From Candidatus Bathyarchaeota archaeon (lineage in GTDB: Archaea > Thermoproteota > Bathyarchaeia > Bathyarchaeales > Bathycorpusculaceae): a stretch of DNA of 64,000 bases. The notes beneath the pieces were generated by a model that had not been told where the DNA came from, made no database searches, and saw only the letters and a program-made list of their open reading frames with translations. Positions 39,825 to 50,237 of the stretch are shown here, one piece after another. The stretch is taken from assembly GCA_963720565.1 (NCBI GenBank), contig CAVRFW010000005.1:224001-288000 (forward strand). The letters run 5' to 3'. Every line of letters begins with the position of its first letter. The first letter of the stretch is position 1. Made by a program: the position numbers and the translations under genes.

Positions 39825-40994
39825 ATGGGCAAGCCTCTTGTTTCGATAGTAAGTGCAGGACTCTCGAAGTTCGGAAAACACGAGGGTCTATACGCAAGGG
39901 AGATTTTTGCAACTGCCGCAAAGGAGGCATTCGATCGTTGCCCCAAGCTAAACCCCAAAAGCGACATAAAAGCAATGTTTATTGGTCATATGGGTGAAGC
40001 TTATGAGCATCAGGGACACACTGGTGCGACAGCTGCAGACTGGGCTGGGCTCTTGCATGTACCTACTACACGCACTGAAGCCGCTTGTGCCTCCTCGGGA
40101 GTCGCCTTGAGGTCAGGTATTTATGCAGTGCTTTCAGGTTTGGCTGATGTTGTTCTAGTCGGTGGTGTTGAAAAGATGACTCACAGGAGCACAGCGGAAG
40201 TCACAGAGTATTTGGCTATGGCCTCAGACTATCCTTTTGAACAGTGGAACGGCATCACCTTTCCCGGTTTGTTCGCATTAATCGCGACAGCTCACATGCA
40301 TGAGTATGGTACCACAGAAAGACAGATGGCTTCAGTCGCCGTAAAGAACCATTTTCACGGTAGCTTGAACCCTAAAGCCCACATGCAAAAGGAAATAACT
40401 ATCGAAGACGCATTAACCTCACGAATTGTCGCTTGGCCTCTCAAACTTTATGACTGTTCACTCATAACAGATGGCGCAAGCTGTGTAATCTTAACAAAGC
40501 CCGAACTCGCACGAAAGTATACCGACCAACCCGTTCACATAGTCGGCACTGGACAGGCTGGTGACACCATCGGTCTATACGAACGGAAAAGCTTAACATC
40601 GCTTATGTCAGCGCGACTCGCAGCAAAGACAGCCTATGATATGGCAAAGGTTAAACCAAGCGATGTTGATGTAGCGGAACTCCATGACTGCTTCACCATT
40701 TCTGAAGTGGTTGCTTGCGAGGATTTGGGTTTTTGCGGTTTAGGCGATGGAGGCAAACTAAGTGAAAGTGGCGAGACAAAACTGGGTGGGCGGATCCCAA
40801 TCAATACTAGCGGTGGCCTAAAATCTAAAGGGCATCCTGTCGGCGCCACGGGTGTAGCTCAAGCCTATGAAATATATTTACAACTAACTGAACAAGCCGA
40901 AAGACGCCAAGTAAAAGATGCCAAAATAGGCTTAACTCATAATTTGGGCGGCTCAGGCGCTACCGCCGCAGTACATATCTATAGGAGAGAATAG
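39825..40994 (+). CDS. Archaeal thiolase (acetyl-CoA acetyltransferase)
   Basis: EAACASS, VKNH, ELHDCFT, KGHPVGATG. Confidence 0.93.
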   Translation: MGKPLVSIVSAGLSKFGKHEGLYAREIFATAAKEAFDRCPKLNPKSDIKAMFIGHMGEAYEHQGHTGATAADWAGLLHVPTTRTEAACASSGVALRSGIYAVLSGLADVVLVGGVEKMTHRSTAEVTEYLAMASDYPFEQWNGITFPGLFALIATAHMHEYGTTERQMASVAVKNHFHGSLNPKAHMQKEITIEDALTSRIVAWPLKLYDCSLITDGASCVILTKPELARKYTDQPVHIVGTGQAGDTIGLYERKSLTSLMSARLAAKTAYDMAKVKPSDVDVAELHDCFTISEVVACEDLGFCGLGDGGKLSESGETKLGGRIPINTSGGLKSKGHPVGATGVAQAYEIYLQLTEQAERRQVKDAKIGLTHNLGGSGATAAVHIYRRE

Positions 40995-40995
40995 A

Positions 40996-41397
40996 ATGCC
41001 CTCGACAGAGCCTTTTACAATTGACCAGTTCTACAAGAATTTGGCACTGGGAAAACTAACGGCTGGAAAATGCCTAAAATGCGGAAGCATTCACCTTCCT
41101 CCTCGACCAATGTGCAGCAACTGTTTCTCGCAGGAATTAGAGTGGGTTGAAATTCATGGAAAAGGTAAACTGGTAACTTACACAGTCATCCACATAGCGC
41201 CCCAGCAATTCCAAAATATCGCGCCCTACCCCGTTGGCATCGTAGAACTCGAGTACGGATTAAGAATACCGGGAATGATCCAAGGAACAACTCAGGAGAA
41301 GCTGCAAATAGGCATGGAGCTGATAATTGACTTCGGCACATGTAGCACAACCCAGACGTGGCCGGAATGGCCAAGGTACTGCTTCAAACCAACATAA
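40996..41397 (+). CDS. DUF35 Zn-ribbon/OB-fold thiolase partner
   Basis: CLKCG..HLPPRPMCSNC, GKLVTYTVIH, PY.VGIVEL. Confidence 0.9.
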   Translation: MPSTEPFTIDQFYKNLALGKLTAGKCLKCGSIHLPPRPMCSNCFSQELEWVEIHGKGKLVTYTVIHIAPQQFQNIAPYPVGIVELEYGLRIPGMIQGTTQEKLQIGMELIIDFGTCSTTQTWPEWPRYCFKPT

Positions 41398-41410
41398 AAC
41401 ATTATTTGGT

Positions 41411-42094
41411 TCACTGATTTCTGCTTATCTTCTCCACCAAAACCGGCAAATCGGTTATTGAAGTCACAATGTAGTTTGCTCCCGTGCTCTTCAACTGCTC
41501 TATGGTAGAAACGCCTGTGGACAGCCCAACTGCAATTGCTTTCAATTCCCTGGCACATAGCATGTCTGTGCCGCTATCCCCCACAAGCACACTCTCTTCA
41601 GGAACTACATTTAGAGCTTTCAAAGCAACCTCAAGGTGCTCAGGATTTGGCTTAACCTGTTTCACACTGTTCCTCGTGACGACCACGTCGAAAAACTCCG
41701 AAATTCTAAAACGATTCAAAATGTACTTAACGGACTTTTCGCTGTTGGTTGTGCATATTCCCATTTTCAAACCCATTTGCTTCAAAGTCTTCAATGTTTC
41801 AATTGCCCCTGACGATAGTTCCGTGCTAACCGCTGCTTCCAACTCGTACCTTTCAGCTATAGCAAAAGCCTCATGGTGCACATCCTCTATTCCCTCAGTC
41901 GATTTCCCCGTATTCTTCAAGAAAATCTCTGTCTTGCGGAGCATTTCAAAAATATTCTCTTTCAGAGATAAGACTGAGGACGGTACTCCCAACTTCATGA
42001 GGAAACTCCTAACCTCTGCCCGCAACGCTTGGTAGTCAAGACAAAAATCGACCAAGGTCCCGTCTAAATCGAATACAATTGCACTTACACCCAT
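41411..42094 (-). CDS. HAD-family hydrolase (phosphoglycolate phosphatase-like)
   Basis: FDLDGTL, CTTNS, KPNP, VGDSGTD. Confidence 0.9.
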   Translation of the reverse strand: MGVSAIVFDLDGTLVDFCLDYQALRAEVRSFLMKLGVPSSVLSLKENIFEMLRKTEIFLKNTGKSTEGIEDVHHEAFAIAERYELEAAVSTELSSGAIETLKTLKQMGLKMGICTTNSEKSVKYILNRFRISEFFDVVVTRNSVKQVKPNPEHLEVALKALNVVPEESVLVGDSGTDMLCARELKAIAVGLSTGVSTIEQLKSTGANYIVTSITDLPVLVEKISRNQ

Positions 42095-42215
42095 AATTCC
42101 AGTTCACACTCATGTTTTCCGCCAAAGCGAAGCGCGGGGAAAACACATCTCCAAAGGATAATATACTTTACGGTAAAATATGTCGTAACAGCGATCGGTT
42201 GGATTTCGATTCGTT

Positions 42216-42293
42216 TGGCGGGCCCGACGGGAATTGAACCCGCGACCTACGGATTAAGAGTCCGCCGCTCTAGCCTGACTGAGCTACGGGCCC
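42216..42293 (-). tRNA. tRNA-Lys(CTT), intronless, CCA encoded
   Basis: GGGCCCGTAGCTCAG...GCGGA CT CTT AA TCCGT...GGTTCAATTCCC...CGGGCCCGCCA cloverleaf. Confidence 0.97.
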
Positions 42294-42518
42294 GCGCTTT
42301 ATCTTTTTGAAAGAGGTTCCGTTGAGAAATATAGAGCTTACGGTAATGCTTATCGAATAGGATGTCACGTTTGTCTTTGGCGAATCCTTAAGCCTTTTTC
42401 GCCGGTTAGCTTGGCTCTTTATTTAGGGGGGTCTCGTCCGGATTATTATTTCTCTTTTAGTTTTCATAGCTTTCTGGACGAAAACTTTGAAAATTCCCAG
42501 CGAAACTAATGGAGGGCT

Positions 42519-43430
42519 CTAACTTTTCACCAAGAACATCTTTTCTAAAGTAGTTCTGGCGTTCTTGGCTATTTTTTCTGGAACTTTAATGACGTGTTTT
42601 TCCTCTTTTAGTGCAGTGTAAACCCTATCAAGTGTGGTTAATTTCATGTTAGGACATACAGCACCTTCATAAGCGATTACGAACCGTTTTTCAGGATTTT
42701 CTTTACGTAGGCGGTGAAGTATGCCTTCTTCGGTGGCAACGATGATGGTTTTAGCACTGCATTCTTTTGCATAGTGGCACATTCTAGAAGTGCTGCCTAC
42801 GAAGTCTGATACTCTACGGATTTCGCCGCTGCATTCTGGGTGGGACATAACGGTAGCATCAGGATACTGTTGCCGGAGCACTGTTATGTCTTCGGGTTGA
42901 AAAAGCAAATGCGTAGGGCAGAAACCCCATTCTGGTATCGGAATTAGAGTCTTTCCTGTTTTCTCTGCGACGTATTCGGCTAGGTTGCGGTCTGGACCAA
43001 ACAATACTGTGTCAGCATTTAGAGAGTTTATAACATCCACTGCATTGGCGCTGGTACAGCAGATGTCACAGTATGCCTTTGATGTGGCTAGAGTGTTTAC
43101 ATAGAGGACTACGGGCGCGTCAGGGTAGTGAGATTTGGCTCGCTTTATCTCGTCAACCGTAAGCATCTGAGCCATTGGACAGCGTGCTCCAAGCGTGGGT
43201 AGGAGTACTTTTTTCTCAGGGTTAAGAATTGCAGCTGATTCTGCCATGAAATCCACGGCAGCAAAGACTAGGATCTCCGCGTCTTTTTCAAGCATAGCTT
43301 TGCGGCTGAGTTCGATGCTGTCACCAACGTAATCAGCTATGTCCTGAATTTCTGGGCGCTGATAATTATGTGCTAGAATAATTGCCTTCTTTTCTTTCTT
43401 GAGTTTGCTTATTTTCTCTTCAAGGTTCAT
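42519..43430 (-). CDS. nadA: Quinolinate synthase
   Basis: ILAHNYQ, GDS, FMAES, CPMA, YVN, CTSAN, HPEC, CPNM. Confidence 0.97.
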   Translation of the reverse strand: MNLEEKISKLKKEKKAIILAHNYQRPEIQDIADYVGDSIELSRKAMLEKDAEILVFAAVDFMAESAAILNPEKKVLLPTLGARCPMAQMLTVDEIKRAKSHYPDAPVVLYVNTLATSKAYCDICCTSANAVDVINSLNADTVLFGPDRNLAEYVAEKTGKTLIPIPEWGFCPTHLLFQPEDITVLRQQYPDATVMSHPECSGEIRRVSDFVGSTSRMCHYAKECSAKTIIVATEEGILHRLRKENPEKRFVIAYEGAVCPNMKLTTLDRVYTALKEEKHVIKVPEKIAKNARTTLEKMFLVKS

Positions 43431-43871
43431 GGTTTGTGTCCTAACTTGTAAGCGCTTAGAAGGACAAACAAGGAGATATATGCTTTATCCTCCGGACTAG
43501 GCGTTATCTCATTATTTCTTCTGTTAATGTGCTTCAACAAAATTCCTCAACTCCCCTTCATACCTTGACTGGATTAAGTAGGGCTTTTATGGCTTTCATT
43601 CCAAGGTACAGAAAGCGGTTTTGAATCTCGAACACAGAGTTTTTCTTTCACGGAGATTGACGCGCGAAAAGAAGAACACGAGTTCACTCCTTAATGATGC
43701 CATCGCCTTTGAGAGATTGAATTGCATGGCCTTTGTCAGTTGTTGTGAAGAAGTGACCTGATGGAAATTGTAGACCTTCAGCATAATGTATTAGTCTATG
43801 CTATGGGGAAACTGTAGATTCTGGAGCAAGTCTGGCATAAATTTTTATGCGGAGAAAGAAATTTAGAAGAG

Positions 43872-44528
43872 TTGGTGAATTTAGAATTGACTCAGGAGAA
43901 CAGTGGTAGGAAAGTCGTTAGTAGAACCATAGTGATTGCGCTAGGCGTAATCTGTATAATGCTTGTTGCTGGATTAGTTGGTGTAATCGCTACTTACACG
44001 CCCATGATATCTGATTTGCAGTCGCAAGTGGCAAATAAGGACAGCACGATTACCTCTCTAAACAGCACAGTTACGTCGTTAAGCAGCACGGTTACTTCCT
44101 TAAGTTCACAAGTTTCTTCTCTGAACTCGCAGGTAGCTTCACTAAAAAGCAGCCTCAACGAAAGCCAATCCTACTATGAGGAAATAGTGTCAGATTACTA
44201 TGAAAAGCTTAGTTTAAGCCAGTACGGCTATCTGGTAAACAACATGAATTTTACCCAAGATGCAGGTGCTGTCACTGCGGTATGGACGGGTTACGTGGAA
44301 TATGCTGGCTACGTCGTCATTAATGTAGAATCGACTTCTAACACAACACTCGCAAGTGTGTCCTACTCTTTGTCCTCACGTGGCGTAAACTTCGACTACA
44401 ACGCAACTATGGGAACAAGCGGAACAAAAGTTTTTCCAGTATTGCCAGGGGAGTTGATCGTTGGAATAAGCAATACAGAGATCGCTAATGCCGTAAATGG
44501 GATCGTAACTGTTGTTTATTACTACTAA
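43872..44528 (+). CDS. Membrane-anchored coiled-coil surface protein
   Basis: N-terminal TM helix, Ser/Thr heptad stalk, beta-rich C-terminal domain. Confidence 0.8.
   Translation: MVNLELTQENSGRKVVSRTIVIALGVICIMLVAGLVGVIATYTPMISDLQSQVANKDSTITSLNSTVTSLSSTVTSLSSQVSSLNSQVASLKSSLNESQSYYEEIVSDYYEKLSLSQYGYLVNNMNFTQDAGAVTAVWTGYVEYAGYVVINVESTSNTTLASVSYSLSSRGVNFDYNATMGTSGTKVFPVLPGELIVGISNTEIANAVNGIVTVVYYY
44043..44147 (+). repeat. Five degenerate 21-nt tandem repeats encoding S(T/Q)(I/V)xSL(N/S/K)
   Basis: agcacgattacctctctaaac / agcacagttacgtcgttaagc / agcacggttacttccttaagt / tcacaagtttcttctctgaac / tcgcaggtagcttcactaaaa. Confidence 0.75.
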
Positions 44529-44659
44529 CCTCTCCATTTTCCGTTGTAAAGTAGTATTCAGGATTTTAGTTGGTTGGTTCATTCTGAGTGCGGTTTAGCC
44601 GAGTTAATGATTTAATCGACTTCTAGTCTTCATTGCACATGTATGGAAAGAAACGCGCA

Positions 44660-45542
44660 TTAGCGCAATAATGAGGGTTGCTTTTCCTGTGTGTTTCTGA
44701 AGATGTCTCGCATTTTCAAGGCATCGACGTCTAGAATAGGTGTTTCACATATTAGTACGGGCCGTATTTTGAACTCAAGAAGTACTTCGGCAAGCATTTG
44801 GAAGTCTGGACCGTATCTCGCTTCATCCAAAACATGGTGCCGTCTTTCGCCTTTGTCTGTGTATTCAATTTTGCTGAAGTGGCAGTGTACATTTCGGGTA
44901 GTCTCTGTTCCGAGTCTTCTTTCAACTTCTTCGATGACTCCACGAAAGTCTTCAGTTTTCCTAAATTTTCCTTGATACCTAGCATGCAGATGTGACCAGT
45001 CGATTACAATTTGTGTCTGCTCAACTTCCTCGCAAATGCTTAGAATCTCGTCCAGAGTACCCACTTGAGACACCTTGCCCATCGTTTCAGGACCCAGTTT
45101 CACGTTTTGGATTCCTAGTGTTTTCATGGTTTCTACTGTGTCTTTCAAGGCTGCGATACAAGTCTTAAGTGCGTAGGTTTTCTCAAAGCAGCCGTAGAAT
45201 CCCGTATGGAAAACGACGACATATGCCCCCATCCATTGTGCTGCTGTTGCACATGCGATTAAGTCGTCTTTTGCTTGCTTCCACAACTTCTTTTTTTCCG
45301 CTGAGATTTAGGTAGTAAGAACCATGCATGCTTAGTAGAACATCATTCTTTTTTGCTTCGATTCCGAGGATTTCAGCGTTTTGTTGTTTTATCTGGGGTT
45401 TCTGGCCCCATTGAACTGCTTCGTATTCAAAAGCGTCAAGTCCTTCTTCGCGCAAGAGTCTAGGTACGTCTGGCAACTGTGCTCCGAGAATTCTGAAGAG
45501 TGGAGGTACTCCTGCAGGACCAAAACGAGGACGATCTGCCAT
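44660..45542 (-). CDS. nfo: Endonuclease IV (AP endonuclease), frameshifted at about 45260
   Basis: FGPAG, SMHGSYYLNL in one frame; FHTG, ETMGK, DWSH, HCHFS, ICETP in the next. Confidence 0.88.
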
Positions 45543-45761
45543 CTGCTTCCTTTTTCCTTGATTCTGGATACGGTCTGATGAAGGGTTTGAGATTTAAGAG
45601 TTTGGCTTTGCATCTAAAACTCGAATTATCCCGTCTGAATCCTTCTTGTATCAAGTTTTTGCGTTCAATTATGCGAATCTCTCCGAATGGTAATTCATTG
45701 CAGGATTGTTGCTCTTGAAGCAAGTACGCAAAGATGCAGAGACGTGATTCGAAACGGTCTT

Positions 45762-46544
45762 TTAGAAAAACTGGCTCAAGTTCGGTACAACAACATAGAG
45801 GCGAACGTAAATCGAAAATGCCAAAATGCAAATTGTTATCGCCAGCAATGCAAGATCTCCCCGACCGAGTTTCAATGCGTATAGGTTTGTGCGTTTCTTG
45901 GAGGCTCCCCATGCGCGGGATTCCATTGCTTCAGCCAATTCGAGGCTTCGACGAATAGCGCTTACAATTAAGGGGATAAGGACTGGAACGTAATTCCTAA
46001 TCCTCTTTAGAAAGTTTCCTTTCTCCATTTCCAGCCCTCTTGCTTTTTGCGCATCCATTATTGTCTGGGCTTCTTCCGCCAAAACTGGGACAAAGCGTAC
46101 CGCAGTTGTAAAGGCGAAAGCAAACTCATATGGTATTCGTGTTTGTTCCAAAGCCAGACCCAGATGATCAGGAGATGTCGTCAAGAAGAAAACTGAAAAT
46201 GATTCAACAAGAACCACAAACCGCAAGGTCATCGCAGCTGAGAACTCAACATCAGTTGCCGTTAACATGTACCCCGCAGTGAAAAATTTGGTCGCGATGT
46301 TGACTGCGAAAATGAAGGAAGCCAAAAAAGCTGCTCCGCGAAGCGAGCGAAGCCACTGTTTCTGGACACGGGCTAGCAACACGAATGGGATTTGCAGTAG
46401 GAAGAGAGCAATTAATGGCAGAATCTCGCTGAATAGTATTGCTGCCACGAAGATGACAATTACGTAAAGGAATTTGACTCTGGGGTCTAGATTGTGTATG
46501 GGCGAGTAAACCCTGCGAAACTTTAAACCGTCAAAAACGCTCAT
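45762..46544 (-). CDS. ecfT: ECF transporter T component
   Basis: LDPRVK, RFVP, AQKARG, AMESR. Confidence 0.93.
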   Translation of the reverse strand: MSVFDGLKFRRVYSPIHNLDPRVKFLYVIVIFVAAILFSEILPLIALFLLQIPFVLLARVQKQWLRSLRGAAFLASFIFAVNIATKFFTAGYMLTATDVEFSAAMTLRFVVLVESFSVFFLTTSPDHLGLALEQTRIPYEFAFAFTTAVRFVPVLAEEAQTIMDAQKARGLEMEKGNFLKRIRNYVPVLIPLIVSAIRRSLELAEAMESRAWGASKKRTNLYALKLGRGDLALLAITICILAFSIYVRLYVVVPNLSQFF

Positions 46545-47365
46545 TCTCGCCTCTTCTCCAAAGCTTCAAGGATTATCGCCTTAGCCTCGTACACATCGAT
46601 GACGTCCTTTGGAAGACCTAAAGACGATAAACGTGCAAAGATCTGAGCAATCTGTGGTAAGACAATCGATGATTGAGCTAAAACCTCTGGGTCGGTGAGA
46701 ATCTCTCTGCTCTCGCCATCTGCTATTATTCTTCCTTCCTTCATCAACAGTACTCTTGAATTGCACTCAGCTACGAATTCCACATCATGAGTGACGATGA
46801 CTATTGTTTTTCCCTGTGTCTGCATTTGAACAATGAACTGGCGTAACTTCTCTTTTTGCTGATAATCCTGACCTATGGTTGGTTCGTCTAGTATCAATGC
46901 CTTCGGATCCCAAGCAAGGACAGAAGCCAATGCAACGCGTTTTCGCTCGCCACCGCTAAGTAGAAAAGGCGAGGTTTTCCTGTATTGTGTCAACCCCAGG
47001 AGATTCAAAGCCCAATCTATCCGCTTCTCTATTACCTCTGTTTCAAATCCGAAATTCTTAAGCGCAAAAGCAATTTCCTCTTCAACAGTTTCGCTGAAAA
47101 GCTGATGATCAGGATTCTGAAAGACAAAACCTATGTTTCTCGCTAAAGTTGCAATACTCGTTTTTCTCGTGTCAACCCCATCTATGCGAACAATGCCTTG
47201 CGAAGGCTTTAGCAGCCCATTAAAATGCTTGATTAATGTTGTCTTACCTGCGCCGTTTTGACCCATTACGGATACGAACTCGCCATCTTTAATGGTTAAT
47301 GAAACGCCTTTCAATGCTTCCACTCGGTTGGAATAAGAGAAATGTGCGTCTTCAACTTCTATCAT
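46541..47365 (-). CDS. ecfA2: ECF transporter ATPase
   Basis: GQNGAGKT, FQNPDHQLF, LSGGE, DEPT. Confidence 0.93.
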   Translation of the reverse strand: MIEVEDAHFSYSNRVEALKGVSLTIKDGEFVSVMGQNGAGKTTLIKHFNGLLKPSQGIVRIDGVDTRKTSIATLARNIGFVFQNPDHQLFSETVEEEIAFALKNFGFETEVIEKRIDWALNLLGLTQYRKTSPFLLSGGERKRVALASVLAWDPKALILDEPTIGQDYQQKEKLRQFIVQMQTQGKTIVIVTHDVEFVAECNSRVLLMKEGRIIADGESREILTDPEVLAQSSIVLPQIAQIFARLSSLGLPKDVIDVYEAKAIILEALEKRRE

Positions 47366-48214
47366 TCAGATTTCAGTGACTCCTTGTAGTAGTGTAACTA
47401 GTTCCTCTGATGACAGTGGCGTAACGTTGCTGAGGTTAACGCCTTCTTTCTTGAGTAGTTGGAAAAGAAGTGTTGCCTTTGGAATTCCAACTCCAAGTAG
47501 GCGCGTCTCTTCGGTGCTTAAGACTGTTCGCGGGTCTCCATCGAAACAGACTTTTCCTTCATCCATAATAACTATGTGATCTGCGTATTTCGCGGTTAAA
47601 TCAAGCCTGTGCTCTACGAGCACGACAGTTACTCCGAGCTTCTGCTTAAGATCATAAATAACATCAAATATTTTCGCGGCGCTCAGAGGGTCAAGAAATG
47701 ATGTAGGTTCATCCAGAACTATTATTTCGGGTTGCATGGCGAGGACAGACGCAATTGCAACACGTTGCTGCTGGCCTCCTGAAACCTCGTGGGGCGACCT
47801 CTCTCGGAGATTGTAGATGTCCGTTAGTTCAAGTGCCCAATTTACTCTTCGTCGCATCTCTTCTCTGTCAATGCCAAGGTTCTCCAATCCAAAGGCAACG
47901 TCTTTTTCAATTGACAGAGCGAAAAGTTGATTTTCTGGGTTTTGAAAAACCAAGCCTACATGCTTTGCCATTTCATGTGTTTGGTGCGTGGTCACATCCA
48001 TATTGGCGACAGTTATTTCGCCCTTCAGCTCGCCCTGGTAGAAATGAGGTATTAATCCGTTGAAGCATCGGCACAATGTTGTCTTTCCACAGCCACTCGG
48101 GCCCGTAATGAGGACGAATTCTCCTTTCTCTACTCTTATTGATACGTCGCTAATTGACGGTTTCGAAGCGCCTGGATAAGTGTAAGAGAGTCTTTTCGTT
48201 TCTATTATCGTCAT
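47366..48214 (-). CDS. ecfA1: ECF transporter ATPase
   Basis: GPSGCGKT, FQNPENQ, SGGQQQR, DEPT. Confidence 0.93.
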   Translation of the reverse strand: MTIIETKRLSYTYPGASKPSISDVSIRVEKGEFVLITGPSGCGKTTLCRCFNGLIPHFYQGELKGEITVANMDVTTHQTHEMAKHVGLVFQNPENQLFALSIEKDVAFGLENLGIDREEMRRRVNWALELTDIYNLRERSPHEVSGGQQQRVAIASVLAMQPEIIVLDEPTSFLDPLSAAKIFDVIYDLKQKLGVTVVLVEHRLDLTAKYADHIVIMDEGKVCFDGDPRTVLSTEETRLLGVGIPKATLLFQLLKKEGVNLSNVTPLSSEELVTLLQGVTEI

Positions 48215-48265
48215 ACGTATTGTGCCTGCCTAGGTTAAGCGCGTAACATCCCCATTTAAGAGTAA

Positions 48266-49264
48266 CTACTCATGAATGATTGGAATCTTGTGATTGATTA
48301 GCTGCAAACAAAGCTTTAGTCCCGTTTCCACATTGCCGATTCCGTTGACTCCTGCAGCTGTAGCGTGACCTCCACCCATTCCAAGAAGGCTTTCGCCTAA
48401 GGGTTTGGCGATGTCCCTTCCCAAATGGATGTTTGTTACCTCGTTGAATTCACGTGTTGAGCGCATGCTAATTTCGATGCCTCCGTTTTTTTGTCCAGCT
48501 ACCACTGCCAGGTGAGCACCTAAGTCGACCAGTGCTCTTGCTGCAGAGGCTTGAAATGCACTGACGCGTGATAAAGCGATAACCCAATCGCCCATTTTCA
48601 ACAGTTTCGCCCTTTGACAGGCTTTGATTCTGGCAACTCGCTCAGATGACTCCATGGGTAACGAGAGTATGGGCAAGATTTCCTGAGTGTTCACCCCTAA
48701 GTTACCTAGTTCGGCAACGGTTTGGAACGTTGAAGAATTCGCCAGCAGGAAATGTCGCGTGTCAAAGGCTATTCCTAAGAAAAGGGCTTTAGCCACGTTT
48801 AAGTCTGGCTTTGTGTCGACTTCTTTGTAGAAGTTGTACACCATTTCACACGTAGACGCAGCTTTCTCTTGTGTTATGACGAGTCTCGCTATGTGTTCTG
48901 TTTCAGGATGAGGCGCATGATGGTCAACCACTATGATGGGCGCAGAAGTTTTTTTCACCTTCTCAGCCACGGTGCCCAACTGTTGAATTGTATTGGTATC
49001 CAACAAAATTAGCGCGTCAGCCTCTTCTGCGCTCGGATTTACGTTTACGGTTATTGGTATATACTTCATTATTTGTTTTGAAAGCTTGCTTATTCCTGAA
49101 CCTGCTCCAATTTCAACAAGAACATTTGGCCTCAGCTTTCTTATTAGAAATTGCAAAGCATAAGCTGAGCATATTGCGTCAGGGTCGGAGTTGTGGTGGC
49201 ATAACAGAAGCACATGACTTGCCTGGGTTTCAACTAAAATTTTGACTATGTCTGTTATGCTCAT
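48266..49264 (-). CDS. DHH/DHHA1 phosphoesterase
   Basis: HHNSDPDA, LLD, VDHH, GGGHATAAG. Confidence 0.92.
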   Translation of the reverse strand: MSITDIVKILVETQASHVLLLCHHNSDPDAICSAYALQFLIRKLRPNVLVEIGAGSGISKLSKQIMKYIPITVNVNPSAEEADALILLDTNTIQQLGTVAEKVKKTSAPIIVVDHHAPHPETEHIARLVITQEKAASTCEMVYNFYKEVDTKPDLNVAKALFLGIAFDTRHFLLANSSTFQTVAELGNLGVNTQEILPILSLPMESSERVARIKACQRAKLLKMGDWVIALSRVSAFQASAARALVDLGAHLAVVAGQKNGGIEISMRSTREFNEVTNIHLGRDIAKPLGESLLGMGGGHATAAGVNGIGNVETGLKLCLQLINHKIPIIHE

Positions 49265-49557
49265 TTTAGTTTTCTCAGGTATTTCTCGCCAGCTTTCAAA
49301 GCTTCTTCAACCGCTTCAGCTGACAGAGTCTGGGGATTGGAACCGCTTGTCTGCGAGGATAGAGCCAAGTCTACTTCAACAATCAGGTTGATGGGTTTTG
49401 CGCCTTCGGCTTCCACGCTTATGTTCATTCTCTCAACCATCTTGGGTAACACTTTTGAAAGGATGTACTGTCTTGCCGCGTTCTCAGCCGTAGAGCATAA
49501 AATCTCGATTTGTTCTGTGGTCAGCTCGGGAATCCCCAGCTCTTCCACGAATGTCAC
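49261..49557 (-). CDS. DUF3194-like conserved archaeal protein
   Basis: IPELTTEQIE.L...AE..AR.YI pattern; sits between pfdB and the DHH gene. Confidence 0.65.
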   Translation of the reverse strand: MTFVEELGIPELTTEQIEILCSTAENAARQYILSKVLPKMVERMNISVEAEGAKPINLIVEVDLALSSQTSGSNPQTLSAEAVEEALKAGEKYLRKLK

Positions 49558-49565
49558 CTAATGAT

Positions 49566-49937
49566 TTATGGCGATGATTGTGAGATTGGACTCAAATCTT
49601 CCTGTAGTTTAGTTTGTGCCTCTTTTACTTGGCTGCGAATTCGTTCTTCTTGCTTTGCTAGTACGGTACTGCGCGTGGTTAGCAGTTCTTTTCGTTCAAC
49701 TAGCTCCTCGTTTATCTTTGCTTTTTCAGCCTTAACCATGAGCGAGCCTATTGCCTTGTAGATTACTGAGTCATCTGCTGTTTTCTGGAGCTCAGCAACT
49801 GTCTGTTCAACCTCGGTCTTCTCCATTTCGACCTGTTGCTTCTGGGCTAAGATAGACTGCAAAGTCTGTTGTAACTGTTGAAGTCTCAATAAGCGTTCTT
49901 GAACTTGAGGGGGCAATCTCGAGATTTCGTCACTCAT
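49566..49937 (-). CDS. pfdB: Prefoldin beta subunit
   Basis: LPPQVQ, Gln-rich coiled coil, IYKAIGSLMVK. Confidence 0.95.
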   Translation of the reverse strand: MSDEISRLPPQVQERLLRLQQLQQTLQSILAQKQQVEMEKTEVEQTVAELQKTADDSVIYKAIGSLMVKAEKAKINEELVERKELLTTRSTVLAKQEERIRSQVKEAQTKLQEDLSPISQSSP

Positions 49938-50237
49938 TTTTTATCCATCCGTCTGCACAGCAATAAGCAAGGCTATTAATTAAGTATTTTCCAAACTAAA
50001 AGACAAGTTCTCGCTCATTCTAAGCACAAATCAAATGGTAAACTAACACGGTTGTGAAGGAGTTGGTACTTCTCCTTGTATCTCAGCTAAAGCAGATCCA
50101 AATGTTTAAACCCAAGAATCATATCTGACAGAATAAAACGCTTCTGAGCTAAAAGCTTGTTTAAATAGGAAAGGTTTTTAGTTAAGATGTGATATGAAAC
50201 TGTGCAAAAGTGAAAAGGGTATTTAGAGGTTAACATT

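Noticed and set aside
43596..43784. 62-aa minus-strand ORF
   Set aside because: No motif or supporting signals
42216..44528. Integrated element at tRNA-Lys
   Set aside because: No integrase and no duplicated tRNA end seen; the flanks are ordinary genes
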